A stretch of DNA of 64,000 bases from an uncultured Maribacter sp. (GCA_964620945.1 CAZUIE010000003.1:405-64404), one strand, 5' to 3'; positions 41,484 to 52,681 are shown, numbered from the stretch's first letter. Numbers and translations are program-made. Notes: a model not told the origin generated them from the sequence alone.

Positions 41484-44047
41484 ATCTATTGGACGCCTTT
41501 CCAATCTATGGGTACGAAGCTCCTATTTTGGTATCGAAAGAAAAAGGCTGTATCAGTATTCCCATGGAATTGGAGCTCCCGGAAATCTATACGTTGGACG
41601 GAAAGGACTATTTGAACCTGAACCGAATGGTAGCCTGTATTCTTGAAATTATGGGTGAAAACTGTCTATTGCACAAGCAAGACCTTTTTTTCGGGGAAAA
41701 TTACGCTGTAGACCCTTTACGAATGAAACGTGATTTTTTTGAAATACAGGATGAACTCTATTTTAAGGATAGACCGTTTTTAAAGCACCGTTCCTTTTTG
41801 GCGATACACAAGGTACCCAAGAGCTATATTGGCCGAACGCCCTTAGGTGTTAATTCTTTTTTGAAAAAAGAACGCCATTTCTATGGGAAAAACGCCCTTC
41901 CCGAAGAATATCTGAATACTGAGGCCATGGCCGATTTTGAAGCTCGTGTGAGTGCCGCAAACGACCTAATCAACGATTCGGGTTTGATGAATTCAAAAAT
42001 CTTGGGTTATGAAGAGTTATTTGGCCCAGCAGGTTATTACGATAACTATCTGGAAGCGAGCTACCGGAGTGGTGTTGGAAAAGATGTTGACTTTTCCGAT
42101 AATACCTTGCGAATTGGCGATAAGCAAGGACAGTATTTCACCTTGGAGAATTTAGATCAGTTCTCCAAAGAGGATATGGCATTTCACGAATATTTCGGTA
42201 AATACACTACCGGGGAGAACCTTTTCCCTATCGGCAACTTGTTCTCCTTGGGTTTTAAAATCCCACAGGAACATATTATCAACCAATACATCTATATCCC
42301 GGAGAAGGAAAAGGCCATGGGTAGGTTAAAGTCAAAGGCCAAACGATTGAACAAATACGCCACCAATCGCAAAGGGGACAAAAACAGCACCTATCGTGAC
42401 CAAATCTATGAGTTCCAACAATCGATACTGAACGACCACAAAGAATTGGTGTACTACCACTTGAACGTATTGGGATTGGCCGATTCTAAAAAGACTTTTC
42501 GGTCAATGTGCAACACCATAAAATCAGCGTTCGGAAAACTGGGCATCCAAGCCAAGGAAAATACGGTAGATCGCAAAAACTTGTTCTTCGGGGGCATTCT
42601 CGGAAATGGAATCGGTACGAGTATGGAGCTCTATAGCCCGTTCTCCTCTGAAATGGCATCCAGTCTATGGTATTTCGAAGGAGGTTATAAAAATAGGCTT
42701 CATGGTCCGCACGGGCTTCGTATGGTCGATAGGGCTACGGGACAACCTCTATTGGTCAGTCTGTACCGGGAACCGGAGGAAAAGGATTGGATATTCAACA
42801 GGGGAATGCTTATCGCATCGGGATCGGGCGGAGGCAAGACCTTTTTTACAAATGCCTATCTGTTCTCGGAATATCGCGAAGGTGCGGAGATTCTCATCCT
42901 TGAAAACGGAAACTCATACGATAAGTTATTGAACCATCTGGAAGGCGTTACAATTGCGAACGACGACCAAAATCCGTTTACCTTCAATCCTTTTATATTG
43001 GACGCCGTTGACGTTGTCATAAAAGATGGAGAGAAAGCACTTACCGAACATAAGCTGACGCAGCTGATCGCTTTAGTGTATCTACTATACGGACGAAAGG
43101 ACAATGAATCCGGGGATAGCCATGACAGCACAGTAGTCCGTACGATAATCGAATTTCTTGTCCAAGGATACTATCGGCATCAATTTTCAAAAGACAGTTC
43201 AGAAGACACTTTCAACACATTCTTTACGTACACAGAGCAAAATTTGAAGCTTTTAATGCAATCAAAGGGTATTAGAAATGAAGTTTTCGACCCTAACCTG
43301 TTTTTGTTATTGCTCAGCAAGTACGCGTACGACGGTCCAAGGGAATATTTGCTAAACAGCAAGGATAAAAGAATAGCGCAATTGAGTCGGGAACGTCTGG
43401 TCTACTTCAAATTGGAAAATCTGGTGGACAACGAAGAACTTTTCCCCATTGTGGCGTTTTTAATGATCGATGTCTTCGATAAAAAATTAAAGAATCCAAA
43501 AAAACTATCCGTGAATAAAATATTGGCGGTAGATGAGGCGTGGAATTTATTCGATAATCCGATTATGGCCAATCATTTTGACGCCCAATCAAGAATGGCC
43601 AGAAAGTACGGAGGACAGCCCATATTCATCTCACAAAAGGTCGACGATTTCGTAAAGTCAAAATTTATCGGCAAGACCATCGTAGTGAACAGCCATATCA
43701 AGGTGCTGCTCGATCTTGGCGAGTTCGCCAACTCCTTTGATGAAATTCAGAACATATTAGGTCTGAACGCCAAACAAAAGCAACTGAACCTTACCGTCAA
43801 CAAAGACTTACCACCTGGCCGAAAACTAAGGGAAATGGCCATTTGTTGGAAGGAACGGGTGAACGTCTTCGGTTTGGAAACTTCGCTGCCCACCAAATGC
43901 CTGTTCGAAACGAACGCCAACGAAAAAGCAAAAATCAATAAACTGCATGAACATTACGGCGGTGATTGGGAGCGAACGGCGATGGCATACAAACAGGCGG
44001 AGATGGAACGCACCACTACTGTTTTAAAAAAAATAAATGGAAATTGA
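41468..44047 (+). CDS. traG: Conjugation ATPase TraG (VirB4-like)
   Basis: LHKQD, SGSGGGKT Walker A, FNPF, VDEAW, ARKYGG. Confidence 0.92.
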   Translation: MEKTINLLDAFPIYGYEAPILVSKEKGCISIPMELELPEIYTLDGKDYLNLNRMVACILEIMGENCLLHKQDLFFGENYAVDPLRMKRDFFEIQDELYFKDRPFLKHRSFLAIHKVPKSYIGRTPLGVNSFLKKERHFYGKNALPEEYLNTEAMADFEARVSAANDLINDSGLMNSKILGYEELFGPAGYYDNYLEASYRSGVGKDVDFSDNTLRIGDKQGQYFTLENLDQFSKEDMAFHEYFGKYTTGENLFPIGNLFSLGFKIPQEHIINQYIYIPEKEKAMGRLKSKAKRLNKYATNRKGDKNSTYRDQIYEFQQSILNDHKELVYYHLNVLGLADSKKTFRSMCNTIKSAFGKLGIQAKENTVDRKNLFFGGILGNGIGTSMELYSPFSSEMASSLWYFEGGYKNRLHGPHGLRMVDRATGQPLLVSLYREPEEKDWIFNRGMLIASGSGGGKTFFTNAYLFSEYREGAEILILENGNSYDKLLNHLEGVTIANDDQNPFTFNPFILDAVDVVIKDGEKALTEHKLTQLIALVYLLYGRKDNESGDSHDSTVVRTIIEFLVQGYYRHQFSKDSSEDTFNTFFTYTEQNLKLLMQSKGIRNEVFDPNLFLLLLSKYAYDGPREYLLNSKDKRIAQLSRERLVYFKLENLVDNEELFPIVAFLMIDVFDKKLKNPKKLSVNKILAVDEAWNLFDNPIMANHFDAQSRMARKYGGQPIFISQKVDDFVKSKFIGKTIVVNSHIKVLLDLGEFANSFDEIQNILGLNAKQKQLNLTVNKDLPPGRKLREMAICWKERVNVFGLETSLPTKCLFETNANEKAKINKLHEHYGGDWERTAMAYKQAEMERTTTVLKKINGN

Positions 44048-44699
44048 ACAAATACCGAATACCAAGAAAATGAAAAATACAAGATTTAAAAAGATACCAT
44101 CAATGTTATACCTAGGATTACTGCCCTACTTGGCATTGGCCCAGCTTCCGGTGACCGATGTGGCCGCGAACGCACAATTGGTGCTCCTGAACCAGAACAT
44201 GGTCGCACTCAATTCGCAGTTGGTCACGCTGAACGCTAGTATGAATAGCTTATTGGTTCAGATGGAGCGAAACGTAACAGCTACCACGGGCACTTCTACA
44301 TTGTTAAGTCAGGACATGACCGCAAAAAGAACTCCGGCCAGTTTCGTATTGGGAAGTCCTGAACTATCGGAACTGTTTGAATTAAAGGATAAGATCATAA
44401 CGGCCTATAAAGGCACAAAAAGAAATTTACAAACGATGGGTAATCTGGAAAAAATAGAAAAGGAAAGGGCGACAAAAGTTTTGGCCGATGTCATCTTACA
44501 GGTTTCCTCCTTAGTTGCCCAAGGCTCGCATATTGCTTCTACCGGTGAACTCATCGAATCGGCGGACAGGCTATCATCGCTAAAATCAATATTGGCCAAG
44601 ATGAACGCACTTTTGGATAAAATCGCCGAAATAAATACATCGCTGCTACAGAAAAATGAACATCGCAAAGCGATCTACTCTCTAATAAAAACGAATTGA
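44037..44699 (+). CDS. Secreted conjugation protein (TraI/DUF4141-like)
   Basis: Signal peptide AQLPVTD, coiled coil, ADRL motif; between traG and traJ. Confidence 0.6.
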   Translation: MEIEQIPNTKKMKNTRFKKIPSMLYLGLLPYLALAQLPVTDVAANAQLVLLNQNMVALNSQLVTLNASMNSLLVQMERNVTATTGTSTLLSQDMTAKRTPASFVLGSPELSELFELKDKIITAYKGTKRNLQTMGNLEKIEKERATKVLADVILQVSSLVAQGSHIASTGELIESADRLSSLKSILAKMNALLDKIAEINTSLLQKNEHRKAIYSLIKTN

Positions 44700-45613
44700 T
44701 GTACATCTTACAATCAAGTTCGGGGTTTCGAGTAACGGTCAATACTATTTTTGACCAGTATATCGACGATGCCTTTGCCAATTTGGGACCTACCTTAAAC
44801 ATTGGATTCGTTATGGCAAAAATAGGTCTTGGTATTTTCGCAATTACACATTTTGCAAGCAATGACCGAGCTGATATGTTCAAGGCCTTAAAATGGTTTC
44901 CCTTGATGTTCATTCTTTTTAACTATTCAGCGTTTGCACACGCCATTTTTGAATTCTACAACAATTTAGGTTCATCATTTGTCAGTACCCAAAAAAACTG
45001 GGATACCATCGGTCAAAAAATAGCCTTGGCACAAATTGATGTTGCCGCGAACAATCTGTTAGAATGGAACCTGTTGCGCATGGATATCGACGGGCTACAG
45101 TCATTTGCCCTAACCGGATTGGCCGGGTCGATAACCGCGTTCGCACATATTATCTCCACCTTGATATTTATCGGGATCAAGGCATTGGCCACCATTTATC
45201 TTTTCATCCTTATCATTTTCGGGCCTATCAACATCGGACTTTCCTTCATTCCCGCTATTTCCGGACTCTGGAAAGCATGGTTACAAAAATTCATGAGTAT
45301 CTGTCTGTGGTTGCCCATGCTATACGTTGTTGATATGTTCATGGTCAATCTGGTAGACCAGTTGGTCGATCATTTGCTACAACACAGTTCCTATGACCTG
45401 GGACTAATCTTAAGTTCCTCCATATTGATTCTGATGACCTCGTTTTTTTACATCAAGGCACCCACCTTGGCAAACTTTGTAGTTCAAGGCCTTAATATCT
45501 CAGGGGGCGGTATCGTCGCCAAACCAAAGCACTATGGTAAAAAAGCAGTTCAAACGGCCATGGACGTGAAAAGCGGAGGAGCTACCAAAGCGGTCCGAAC
45601 ATTAATCCAATAA
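44699..45613 (+). CDS. traJ: TraJ (VirB6-like membrane protein)
   Basis: IFGPINIGLSFIP...WLQKFMSICLWLP, multiple TMs. Confidence 0.85.
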   Translation: MYILQSSSGFRVTVNTIFDQYIDDAFANLGPTLNIGFVMAKIGLGIFAITHFASNDRADMFKALKWFPLMFILFNYSAFAHAIFEFYNNLGSSFVSTQKNWDTIGQKIALAQIDVAANNLLEWNLLRMDIDGLQSFALTGLAGSITAFAHIISTLIFIGIKALATIYLFILIIFGPINIGLSFIPAISGLWKAWLQKFMSICLWLPMLYVVDMFMVNLVDQLVDHLLQHSSYDLGLILSSSILILMTSFFYIKAPTLANFVVQGLNISGGGIVAKPKHYGKKAVQTAMDVKSGGATKAVRTLIQ

Positions 45614-45621
45614 TCATGTAA

Positions 45622-46248
45622 ATGAAAGGAAAATACGAAATATTCAATGACATTGCACAGAGCAGAAAACATAACAATAGATTGGTATACGCTTGTTTGG
45701 CAGTAGTTGTAATCGTCTTTGGAATTACCGCACATTACGTGATGAAGGCAGATGAGCGCGCAAAGAACAATGCCTATCTACTTTATGGTGGACAGCGATT
45801 GTCTATGGTTCCCATTAGGGATAATAGGGAAAATTTAGAACTCCTGTGCGAGGGTCATATCTATAATTTCCATGAGCTTTTCTTTTCATTGGAACCTGAT
45901 TTAAAGCTAATTAAAAAGAACATTGAAGGAAAGGCATTACATATGGTCGACTGGTCAGGCAACCGCTTATACGCTCGTTTGGTCGAAAAAAAGTATTTCG
46001 ATGATGTGGCAACGCGTGACTATCGCTACTTTGTTGAACTCGACTCTATTCATATTGACTATGCTACCTACCCGTTCCCTTTTACGTTTTTCGGTAAACA
46101 GGCCATAGAAAAAGGCAAATCAACAACGTATAGAAACCTGGTTACAAAGGGACAACTTAAAAAGTCGGGAATCACCCCAAACAATTTGAACGGTTTAAAG
46201 ATTATTGATTTTCAAGTCGTGGACAATTCCGACTTGGAGCGCAGGTAA
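45622..46248 (+). CDS. traK: TraK (VirB8-like)
   Basis: FHELFFSLEPD, TYPFPF.FFG, RNLVT.G, NNLNGL. Confidence 0.88.
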   Translation: MKGKYEIFNDIAQSRKHNNRLVYACLAVVVIVFGITAHYVMKADERAKNNAYLLYGGQRLSMVPIRDNRENLELLCEGHIYNFHELFFSLEPDLKLIKKNIEGKALHMVDWSGNRLYARLVEKKYFDDVATRDYRYFVELDSIHIDYATYPFPFTFFGKQAIEKGKSTTYRNLVTKGQLKKSGITPNNLNGLKIIDFQVVDNSDLERR

Positions 46249-46249
46249 T

Positions 46250-47284
46250 ATGACGATAAGAAAGAACATACAAGTTATAAAACGTTGGGTGGTCAGAAAC
46301 CGAAAAGTTGCCATGGCCCTACCTATCATTTTAGCATTGACCAGTTTTTTCGTCATCGAAAATCTAAAGGGTTTTAAGATGGGCGATACTAACGCGGCCA
46401 GCTTGAACGGATTCAATTCCGAACTACCGGGAGAAACGCCGACTTTGGATTCCGATACCGCAGGTCGAAACTGGAAGGTCAAGGATTCCTTGGAAAAGGA
46501 AAAAGAAGAAAATACCGAAGTTAGACCTGATATGCAGGATTTAGGAAATTCCGAAAACGACTCCCTTGAGGGGATTTTAAAACAACTCGAAGGGCTGTCC
46601 ATGAAACCGAAAACAAAGGAAAGCTTCGGTACCGAAATCCCAAAAATCAAAAAACCTGTAGATATAGATAGAAGAAAACGCGCCGAATTGACCGAAGATG
46701 AGAAAAAACAACAGTTCGTGGAGAATCGGCTGGCCTACCGCGAGAAGCTTTTAGAGGGAAAGGAGAAAATAATAGGCGATTCCCAAAACAGCCAAGGTTA
46801 TTCGTCCCCTAAGCCGATTATTGATATCAAAAAGTCTATCTCGATTAGGGCTACCGTATATGGCGACCAATTTATATTGCCGAATGATAATGTCCGATTG
46901 TTGTTAATGGAAGATATGGTGCACGATAACAAAAGGTTTGCGAGAAATACATTCATCTACGCCATGGCTACGATAAAGGAGAATCGGGTCTATTTGGATA
47001 TCGACAATATTGAACACCATTCCGTAAACCTTTTGGTAAAGGATTTTAACGATGGTCGGGTAGGTATCTATAGCACACGGGCCGGAGAACTATGGAAGGA
47101 ATACAAGGCGAATGCCAGCAATGACCTATTTAACGGTGTAACCGAGGAACTGACCAACGGTTCCCCAGACTTGGTGAGGGATATAACGCGAGGTTTGGGC
47201 TCCTTCTTTAGAAAGAAAAAATTACGGGAGAAAGAAAAGATCCTTTTGATGGATGATTACGAACTTTTACTGGTAACCCAATGA
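46250..47284 (+). CDS. traM: TraM (VirB10-like)
   Basis: LALP.I TM, FNSELP, IRATVYGDQ...VRLLL, DG..GIY. Confidence 0.85.
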   Translation: MTIRKNIQVIKRWVVRNRKVAMALPIILALTSFFVIENLKGFKMGDTNAASLNGFNSELPGETPTLDSDTAGRNWKVKDSLEKEKEENTEVRPDMQDLGNSENDSLEGILKQLEGLSMKPKTKESFGTEIPKIKKPVDIDRRKRAELTEDEKKQQFVENRLAYREKLLEGKEKIIGDSQNSQGYSSPKPIIDIKKSISIRATVYGDQFILPNDNVRLLLMEDMVHDNKRFARNTFIYAMATIKENRVYLDIDNIEHHSVNLLVKDFNDGRVGIYSTRAGELWKEYKANASNDLFNGVTEELTNGSPDLVRDITRGLGSFFRKKKLREKEKILLMDDYELLLVTQ

Positions 47285-48264
47285 GAATGAAGAACTGTAT
47301 ACTTTTTATTTTGATCTTCTGTTCGTTTCCCGTTATGGCGCAAACGGACACCATTCCTGTTTCCAGGAATTACAAGACCATACTTGTCCTGCCTGAAATT
47401 TTTGATTTCTCCATCAATGGGAAGGAACTCAATTTCATTGAATCTTTTCCTTTAAAATATACCTCAAATACTGCAAAGCGTATTGTGCTGCTCAGTTATA
47501 ATGATGTAGCACCTGACATCGAAGACCATACCAATTATACGGTGTATACCAGAGATGGACTTGCCTATGATTTTATCTTAAAACTGGTGGGGATTCCTTT
47601 GAAGAAAAGATGGCCGATTACTAGGTCAATGGCCGAAAACCTAGAAGCATTCTCCCCGCTGCAAGAAAGTTCCAATGACTCAACTTCAAATGTAACGCCA
47701 AAACCTCAAATCGAGCTTTCAGATAATGCTACTAAGAGAAATGAAGAAGAAGTACAGAATTGTATAGATGAAGAAACCACTGATGAATCCTTACCTCTGA
47801 CAAGAGAACTTTATGTGCATGACCGTATGGAATATATGCGTCGGCGGTGTTATTACAATCAGTTCAATAAGGGCAAGATCATACGCTATTTTGCCAAATA
47901 CGATGATGTATTCTTATGGTTGGAAAATGTCTTTTACGAGAACAACGAGATATACCTACAGTTTCGTTTGGAGAACAAAGCGCACATGCCCTACGATGTG
48001 AATTTTCTAAGATTCAGTATCGCTTCCAATTACAAGAACAGTCCGAACAATATCGATAAAAAACACGAGCCGTTATTTCGATATAAGGTTCCTAAAAGGG
48101 TGGAAGGGAATTCCGAAAACTACTTCATGGTGGTCTTCGATAAGTTCACATTGAATCGTAAGAAAATACTTATGGTCAATGTGGACGAGGAGAAAGGGAA
48201 TCGAAACCTTTCGCTTGATATCGACCATAGTGTTATCAATAATCCACTAGCTTTTAAATTATGA
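47281..48264 (+). CDS. traN: TraN (DUF4138)
   Basis: Signal peptide; L.LENVFY, YDVNFLRF, FDKFTL, E.KGNRNL. Confidence 0.85.
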   Translation: MRMKNCILFILIFCSFPVMAQTDTIPVSRNYKTILVLPEIFDFSINGKELNFIESFPLKYTSNTAKRIVLLSYNDVAPDIEDHTNYTVYTRDGLAYDFILKLVGIPLKKRWPITRSMAENLEAFSPLQESSNDSTSNVTPKPQIELSDNATKRNEEEVQNCIDEETTDESLPLTRELYVHDRMEYMRRRCYYNQFNKGKIIRYFAKYDDVFLWLENVFYENNEIYLQFRLENKAHMPYDVNFLRFSIASNYKNSPNNIDKKHEPLFRYKVPKRVEGNSENYFMVVFDKFTLNRKKILMVNVDEEKGNRNLSLDIDHSVINNPLAFKL

Positions 48265-48812
48265 AAAATGTTCGTTTTTGTGCAGCGATGGCAATGTTGT
48301 TATCGGCTTCTTACTGCTTTTGCCAACTGCGGGGCAATCTTGCTTCATCGGTGGGTTTGAGCGGTGGCTATGTCGAAGATGGCTATGGCATCATGGGTAC
48401 CTTCAACTTTCATCCTGACCGTTACCGCTATTTTCAGCTCAGTGTATTGGCCGCTATTGCCGAGGACAAAGGTACCCAGGATATACCGTACAACATTTTC
48501 ACTATTCAGCCCGGGCTTTACTATCGCGTCTTTGTAGCACCACGAAAAAGGAATTTCAGCCTCTTTCTAGGCGGGGGCGGGCTCTTTGGGTATGAGGTCA
48601 TCAACAATGGCAGCAATGAACTCCCAAGTGGAGCCTTGATCAACGCAAAGAGCCAGTTTGTTTATGGTCTCTATGTCGGGGCAGAAGCGGAAATTGGAAT
48701 CAGCAATGATTTTTCCCTGCTCGTTAAAGCGAACGAGTACTACCATATCAATTCCGATGTGGGGAATTTTTATCCGTATGCCGGAGTCGGCCTACGTTAT
48801 TTTTTGTTCTAA
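48261..48812 (+). CDS. traO: TraO outer-membrane beta-barrel
   Basis: GGLFGYEVIN, FVYG, C-terminal GLRYFLF. Confidence 0.85.
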   Translation: MKNVRFCAAMAMLLSASYCFCQLRGNLASSVGLSGGYVEDGYGIMGTFNFHPDRYRYFQLSVLAAIAEDKGTQDIPYNIFTIQPGLYYRVFVAPRKRNFSLFLGGGGLFGYEVINNGSNELPSGALINAKSQFVYGLYVGAEAEIGISNDFSLLVKANEYYHINSDVGNFYPYAGVGLRYFLF

Positions 48813-48822
48813 AAACGATCGT

Positions 48823-51800
48823 ATGAAACTAAATGCCCCACAACGGATATTCGCGGTAACAACGCTATGTTTAGCATTGATATTGGCCTGTAGCAAGGAC
48901 TTTGAGGATATCGTACAAGATTCCTTCGACTTTACCTTTGAAGGCACCAACGAAGAAAATGGATTCGTATTCGAAGCGACAAAAACGGATTTCATATTGG
49001 AACCCGAACGGATGGTTTCCAATGTTACCTATTTTATGAAATACCATAACCTCGACGGAAAAGGATATTATATAGGAACCGAAAACGACACTGTTCGTGC
49101 CAATGATACGATAACAATCCATGATTTCAATCTATCCTATCGCTATATGCCCATCGATACGGGAATGCATAAGGTGAAAATCCTGGCCTGGGATTCCAAT
49201 AAAATGGTGAAAGAGCTAGAATTGTTTTACGATGTAGACTATGCAAGTTTTGGTTTTCTTCTCGGAAAGGGTACCGACAATTTCATTGTAAACAGTCAAA
49301 ACCCTGTGACGGTTACCTTGCTGAGGGATAAGGACACGGCATCTCCGGATAGCGACAAGAGTCAAGATTTCGAGATAACTTACCAATTGGAGAACGGCTC
49401 GGGTAAACTATTTTTGGATGATGTTACCTATGAAGCGGGAGAGCCTTTTAAATTGCCTAAGGGTGTAACCGAATTTGGATATCTTCCCGAAACACTGGGA
49501 GAGCAGGTATTAACTGTAACTGCTAAGGCTCCCGATGGGGCGACTATTTCAAACGAACTCATTTTGAATATCGGCAATGTCAATTTTACGTTCAGGGCAA
49601 CAGCCGCTTCCACTCAAGTCGAACTGGATTCCAATTTGGCCGTGAATATCGATATGCGGACACAGGATGAGGAAAGTGAAGTCACGTATGACATAAGCCA
49701 TTCTTTTTCGGCGGATAGCCAAGGGGCAGGAACCGTACGCGACCAAAACGGTGGGGTCATGGATGCCGGAACTTTTCGCGATATAGCACCCGGAAACTAC
49801 AACTTTACCTTCGAGGACGATCAATTGGGACAGCGTAAGATCTATTTTGACGTCCGCGATAGTAACGGTCAGATGAAAAGGGATAGTGTAGAAATCGAAG
49901 TGGCCAATATTCCGTTTACCTTCAGCGGCAATGCCGAAAGCAATCAAGTTTTTATGAACCAACGTACCCAGCTTAACTTCAATATCAAATCCAGCGGTAA
50001 TACCGATAATATTGAGTACTTCCTGACCTATAACTTGGAAGAAGGAAACGGTAAGGTAACCGGAATCAATGGAAATACGATTACGAACAACACAGATTAT
50101 CCGGTAGATTTGGGGAATTTTTCTCTTTTTTATACGCCTGAAACATTTGGAACACATGGCATCAGTTTCTTGATTACGGACAACTACGGGCAAGCGGTAG
50201 GACCGGTCGAAATTGATTTGGACACCGAAGAACTGGAGTTGGAGTTTAATGCTTCCGCCAACAGCAGCGAGGTATTGGTTGGCCAACGGGGCACGGTCGC
50301 ATTGAGCCTTATCGAAAAAGGAGAGTATGATGGGGCATCCTATGAACTCAACTATTTTGTTTCTGGTGGCAGCGCAGCGTTGTACAATAGCAACTCCGAG
50401 ATTACCCAGAGTCGTTACTTCTCTATAAATCCTGGAAGTTTCGCTTATGACTTTATTGCCGAACAGGCCGGAACGTATGAAATCACCTTTCTTCTGCGTG
50501 ATAGCAACGGCCAGATTTTGGAAGAAAAAGTGATTTTAGCAGTTGGGAACAATGATTTCACTGTCAATATGACTCCTTCGAAGGCGACGGAATTTTCCAA
50601 TTTTCCGGTAGGCGTCATCGTAGATATAGACGAAGTGCCCGAAGGAGCTAACGAAAGCTACACGGCTTTCTTTTCCTCTAGTCAAAACGGTTCTATATCA
50701 ATTAACGGCATAACTTACGGGCCAGGCGAACAGTTTCCATTGGGTGCCGGGGTCAACAATATTGCCTACAAAGGATTGGAACCGGGACAGCATAATATAG
50801 TGCTTAGTGTAAAATCCGAATCGGATGTTACCCGAACTGCCAACACTACCATTACTTTTGATCAAGTGGACTTCTCATTTACGGGCGGTGCAACGAATAC
50901 CGATATATCCGTTGGGGAAACAACACCGCTAAATTTCAATATTACCGAAAGTATTGGTGCATCTAATTACAAGATTCGCTTTAGTCTGAACGGAAACGCG
51001 ATAATTCGCGATGCCAATGGTACTGCTGTCAGTCCTGGAACCGTTTATGATGTACCCAAAGGAAACTTTAGCTGGAGTGCCGAGGGAACGGACGACACCC
51101 CTGTATCCCTCGTTTTTACCGCAGAGAACGACACAGGTCTAGAGAAGGATGTCACCATTTCTTTACAGGTTGCTGCTAAGGATTATAATTTTGTGGCATC
51201 AGCAACAGAATTCTCGGCCAATACAGAAGTGCCCATAACCACTAATTTTAACATTGCCGAAATCGGTGTCGGAGGGGATAACTATGAAATGTATTTCTCT
51301 TCAGGTAGCAACAATGGGAGTTTTAAGTACGAGGGTGCGACTTATAGTCCGGGTGAGACCTTCAGTGTTCCGGTTGGTCAGTTTATCGGAACCTATACCG
51401 GTATCTCCGCAGGTATCCACGATGTGGTCTTTACCGTCCGATCTTCATCGGAGGTAACCAAAACACAAAGCTTTACTATTGTTATTGAAACCTACCAAGA
51501 GCCATTTTCGCTAACCGTCAGTCAGTCCTCTCAGGACAAATACATTGGGGTCAATTTTGATTTTATAGCCATTACGAATGCAGTGGTAGAACATGAGCCA
51601 GCGGTTGATTACACGATGAGCTTTTCTTTTGTTGGGGCAAGTGCGGGAACTATGCGCTACAAAAGTATTACCTATCGAGAAGGTGATAATATCCCCTTGG
51701 ATTACGGGAGTGCATTGATGGCCTTTCTTCCAGAGACCGAGGATAATTTCACCATTGATTTCCTGGTTGAAAACTCCACAGGGCAGTCCCGAACCGTAAG

Positions 51801-52179
51801 TGAATTCGTGACCATGTTGAAAAGGCCCAATGCCGTCGCAAAAGGGGAAAAACATAATATCAATTGTGGAGGTTTGAATGGATGCGATTACGAGGTGCGA
51901 ATCTATACCTGTTTTTCCACTAATTGTTCCGAGGCATATAACGGGGCAACTATTGAACAGGTGGAAGTTAAAATACGAAATAGGTTTACAGGTTTGTTTG
52001 AGACTAGATTATTTAATTATAACGATGCTAAGGGTAGCGGTGTGAATCGATATTTTGAATTGGAAGAAGAACCTAGTGAGGGAACACTTAAATACCAAGA
52101 CCAAAATTACGAGGTCCGGGTGCGAGATAGTAATGGGCAGTGGAGTGAGCCAACTTTAGGGCTTATTATTAGAGTTTAA
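48823..52179 (+). CDS. Giant TraQ-like lipoprotein with ~9 tandem Ig-like repeats
   Basis: Lipobox LILAC; position after traO; repeated F.F...Y..G.G...G.H...V.D..GQ units. Confidence 0.75.
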   Translation: MKLNAPQRIFAVTTLCLALILACSKDFEDIVQDSFDFTFEGTNEENGFVFEATKTDFILEPERMVSNVTYFMKYHNLDGKGYYIGTENDTVRANDTITIHDFNLSYRYMPIDTGMHKVKILAWDSNKMVKELELFYDVDYASFGFLLGKGTDNFIVNSQNPVTVTLLRDKDTASPDSDKSQDFEITYQLENGSGKLFLDDVTYEAGEPFKLPKGVTEFGYLPETLGEQVLTVTAKAPDGATISNELILNIGNVNFTFRATAASTQVELDSNLAVNIDMRTQDEESEVTYDISHSFSADSQGAGTVRDQNGGVMDAGTFRDIAPGNYNFTFEDDQLGQRKIYFDVRDSNGQMKRDSVEIEVANIPFTFSGNAESNQVFMNQRTQLNFNIKSSGNTDNIEYFLTYNLEEGNGKVTGINGNTITNNTDYPVDLGNFSLFYTPETFGTHGISFLITDNYGQAVGPVEIDLDTEELELEFNASANSSEVLVGQRGTVALSLIEKGEYDGASYELNYFVSGGSAALYNSNSEITQSRYFSINPGSFAYDFIAEQAGTYEITFLLRDSNGQILEEKVILAVGNNDFTVNMTPSKATEFSNFPVGVIVDIDEVPEGANESYTAFFSSSQNGSISINGITYGPGEQFPLGAGVNNIAYKGLEPGQHNIVLSVKSESDVTRTANTTITFDQVDFSFTGGATNTDISVGETTPLNFNITESIGASNYKIRFSLNGNAIIRDANGTAVSPGTVYDVPKGNFSWSAEGTDDTPVSLVFTAENDTGLEKDVTISLQVAAKDYNFVASATEFSANTEVPITTNFNIAEIGVGGDNYEMYFSSGSNNGSFKYEGATYSPGETFSVPVGQFIGTYTGISAGIHDVVFTVRSSSEVTKTQSFTIVIETYQEPFSLTVSQSSQDKYIGVNFDFIAITNAVVEHEPAVDYTMSFSFVGASAGTMRYKSITYREGDNIPLDYGSALMAFLPETEDNFTIDFLVENSTGQSRTVSEFVTMLKRPNAVAKGEKHNINCGGLNGCDYEVRIYTCFSTNCSEAYNGATIEQVEVKIRNRFTGLFETRLFNYNDAKGSGVNRYFELEEEPSEGTLKYQDQNYEVRVRDSNGQWSEPTLGLIIRV

Positions 52180-52195
52180 ATTAAATGAGGCTTTT

Positions 52196-52681
52196 TCAAT
52201 TTCTTTTAAATGTATAAGAAATCACCACCTCGATATTGTCCAGCACATCGGCCTGTTGAAGTACAAGTCGGCTACTAGTGAACTCGATGATGGTCATATC
52301 GTTCCTATTGTCGAAACGAAGGGTTTTATTGTTAATGAGTTCGTATTGATCTTCTTCTACATTACTAAAAGCATCTACCTCCCCACAGGTTAGTCCGCTC
52401 TCATTTATGAAGTAGGAATTCTTATTTCCTTCTCCTGAGAAAGCGAAAGCAGTAATATTATCCTTTAGGCATTGGCGAATTTCGTTAGTGTTGTATAGGT
52501 CGATATTGGCCGTTCCGTCGCCATTGATATCTACTGCTGTATCGGAAATGATGGCTTCGTACTCCCATTGTCCGAAAAGGGCTTCGTTTCTATCATCAAT
52601 GGAAATAGCGTCATCATTATTATTGCAGGATGACAGCAACAATAGAGGAAGAGTTAAATAAAATATAGCTGTTAGTCTCAT
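52196..52681 (-). CDS. Lipocalin-like lipoprotein
   Basis: Lipobox LSSC; LFGQW; DINGDG loop. Confidence 0.7.
   Translation of the reverse strand: MRLTAIFYLTLPLLLLSSCNNNDDAISIDDRNEALFGQWEYEAIISDTAVDINGDGTANIDLYNTNEIRQCLKDNITAFAFSGEGNKNSYFINESGLTCGEVDAFSNVEEDQYELINNKTLRFDNRNDMTIIEFTSSRLVLQQADVLDNIEVVISYTFKRN

Noticed and set aside
48658..48822. N-terminal extension of the giant TraQ-like ORF
   Set aside because: Overlaps traO; the lipoprotein signal begins at ATG 48823
49549..50286. 245-aa minus-strand ORF
   Set aside because: Antisense shadow of the TraQ-like gene
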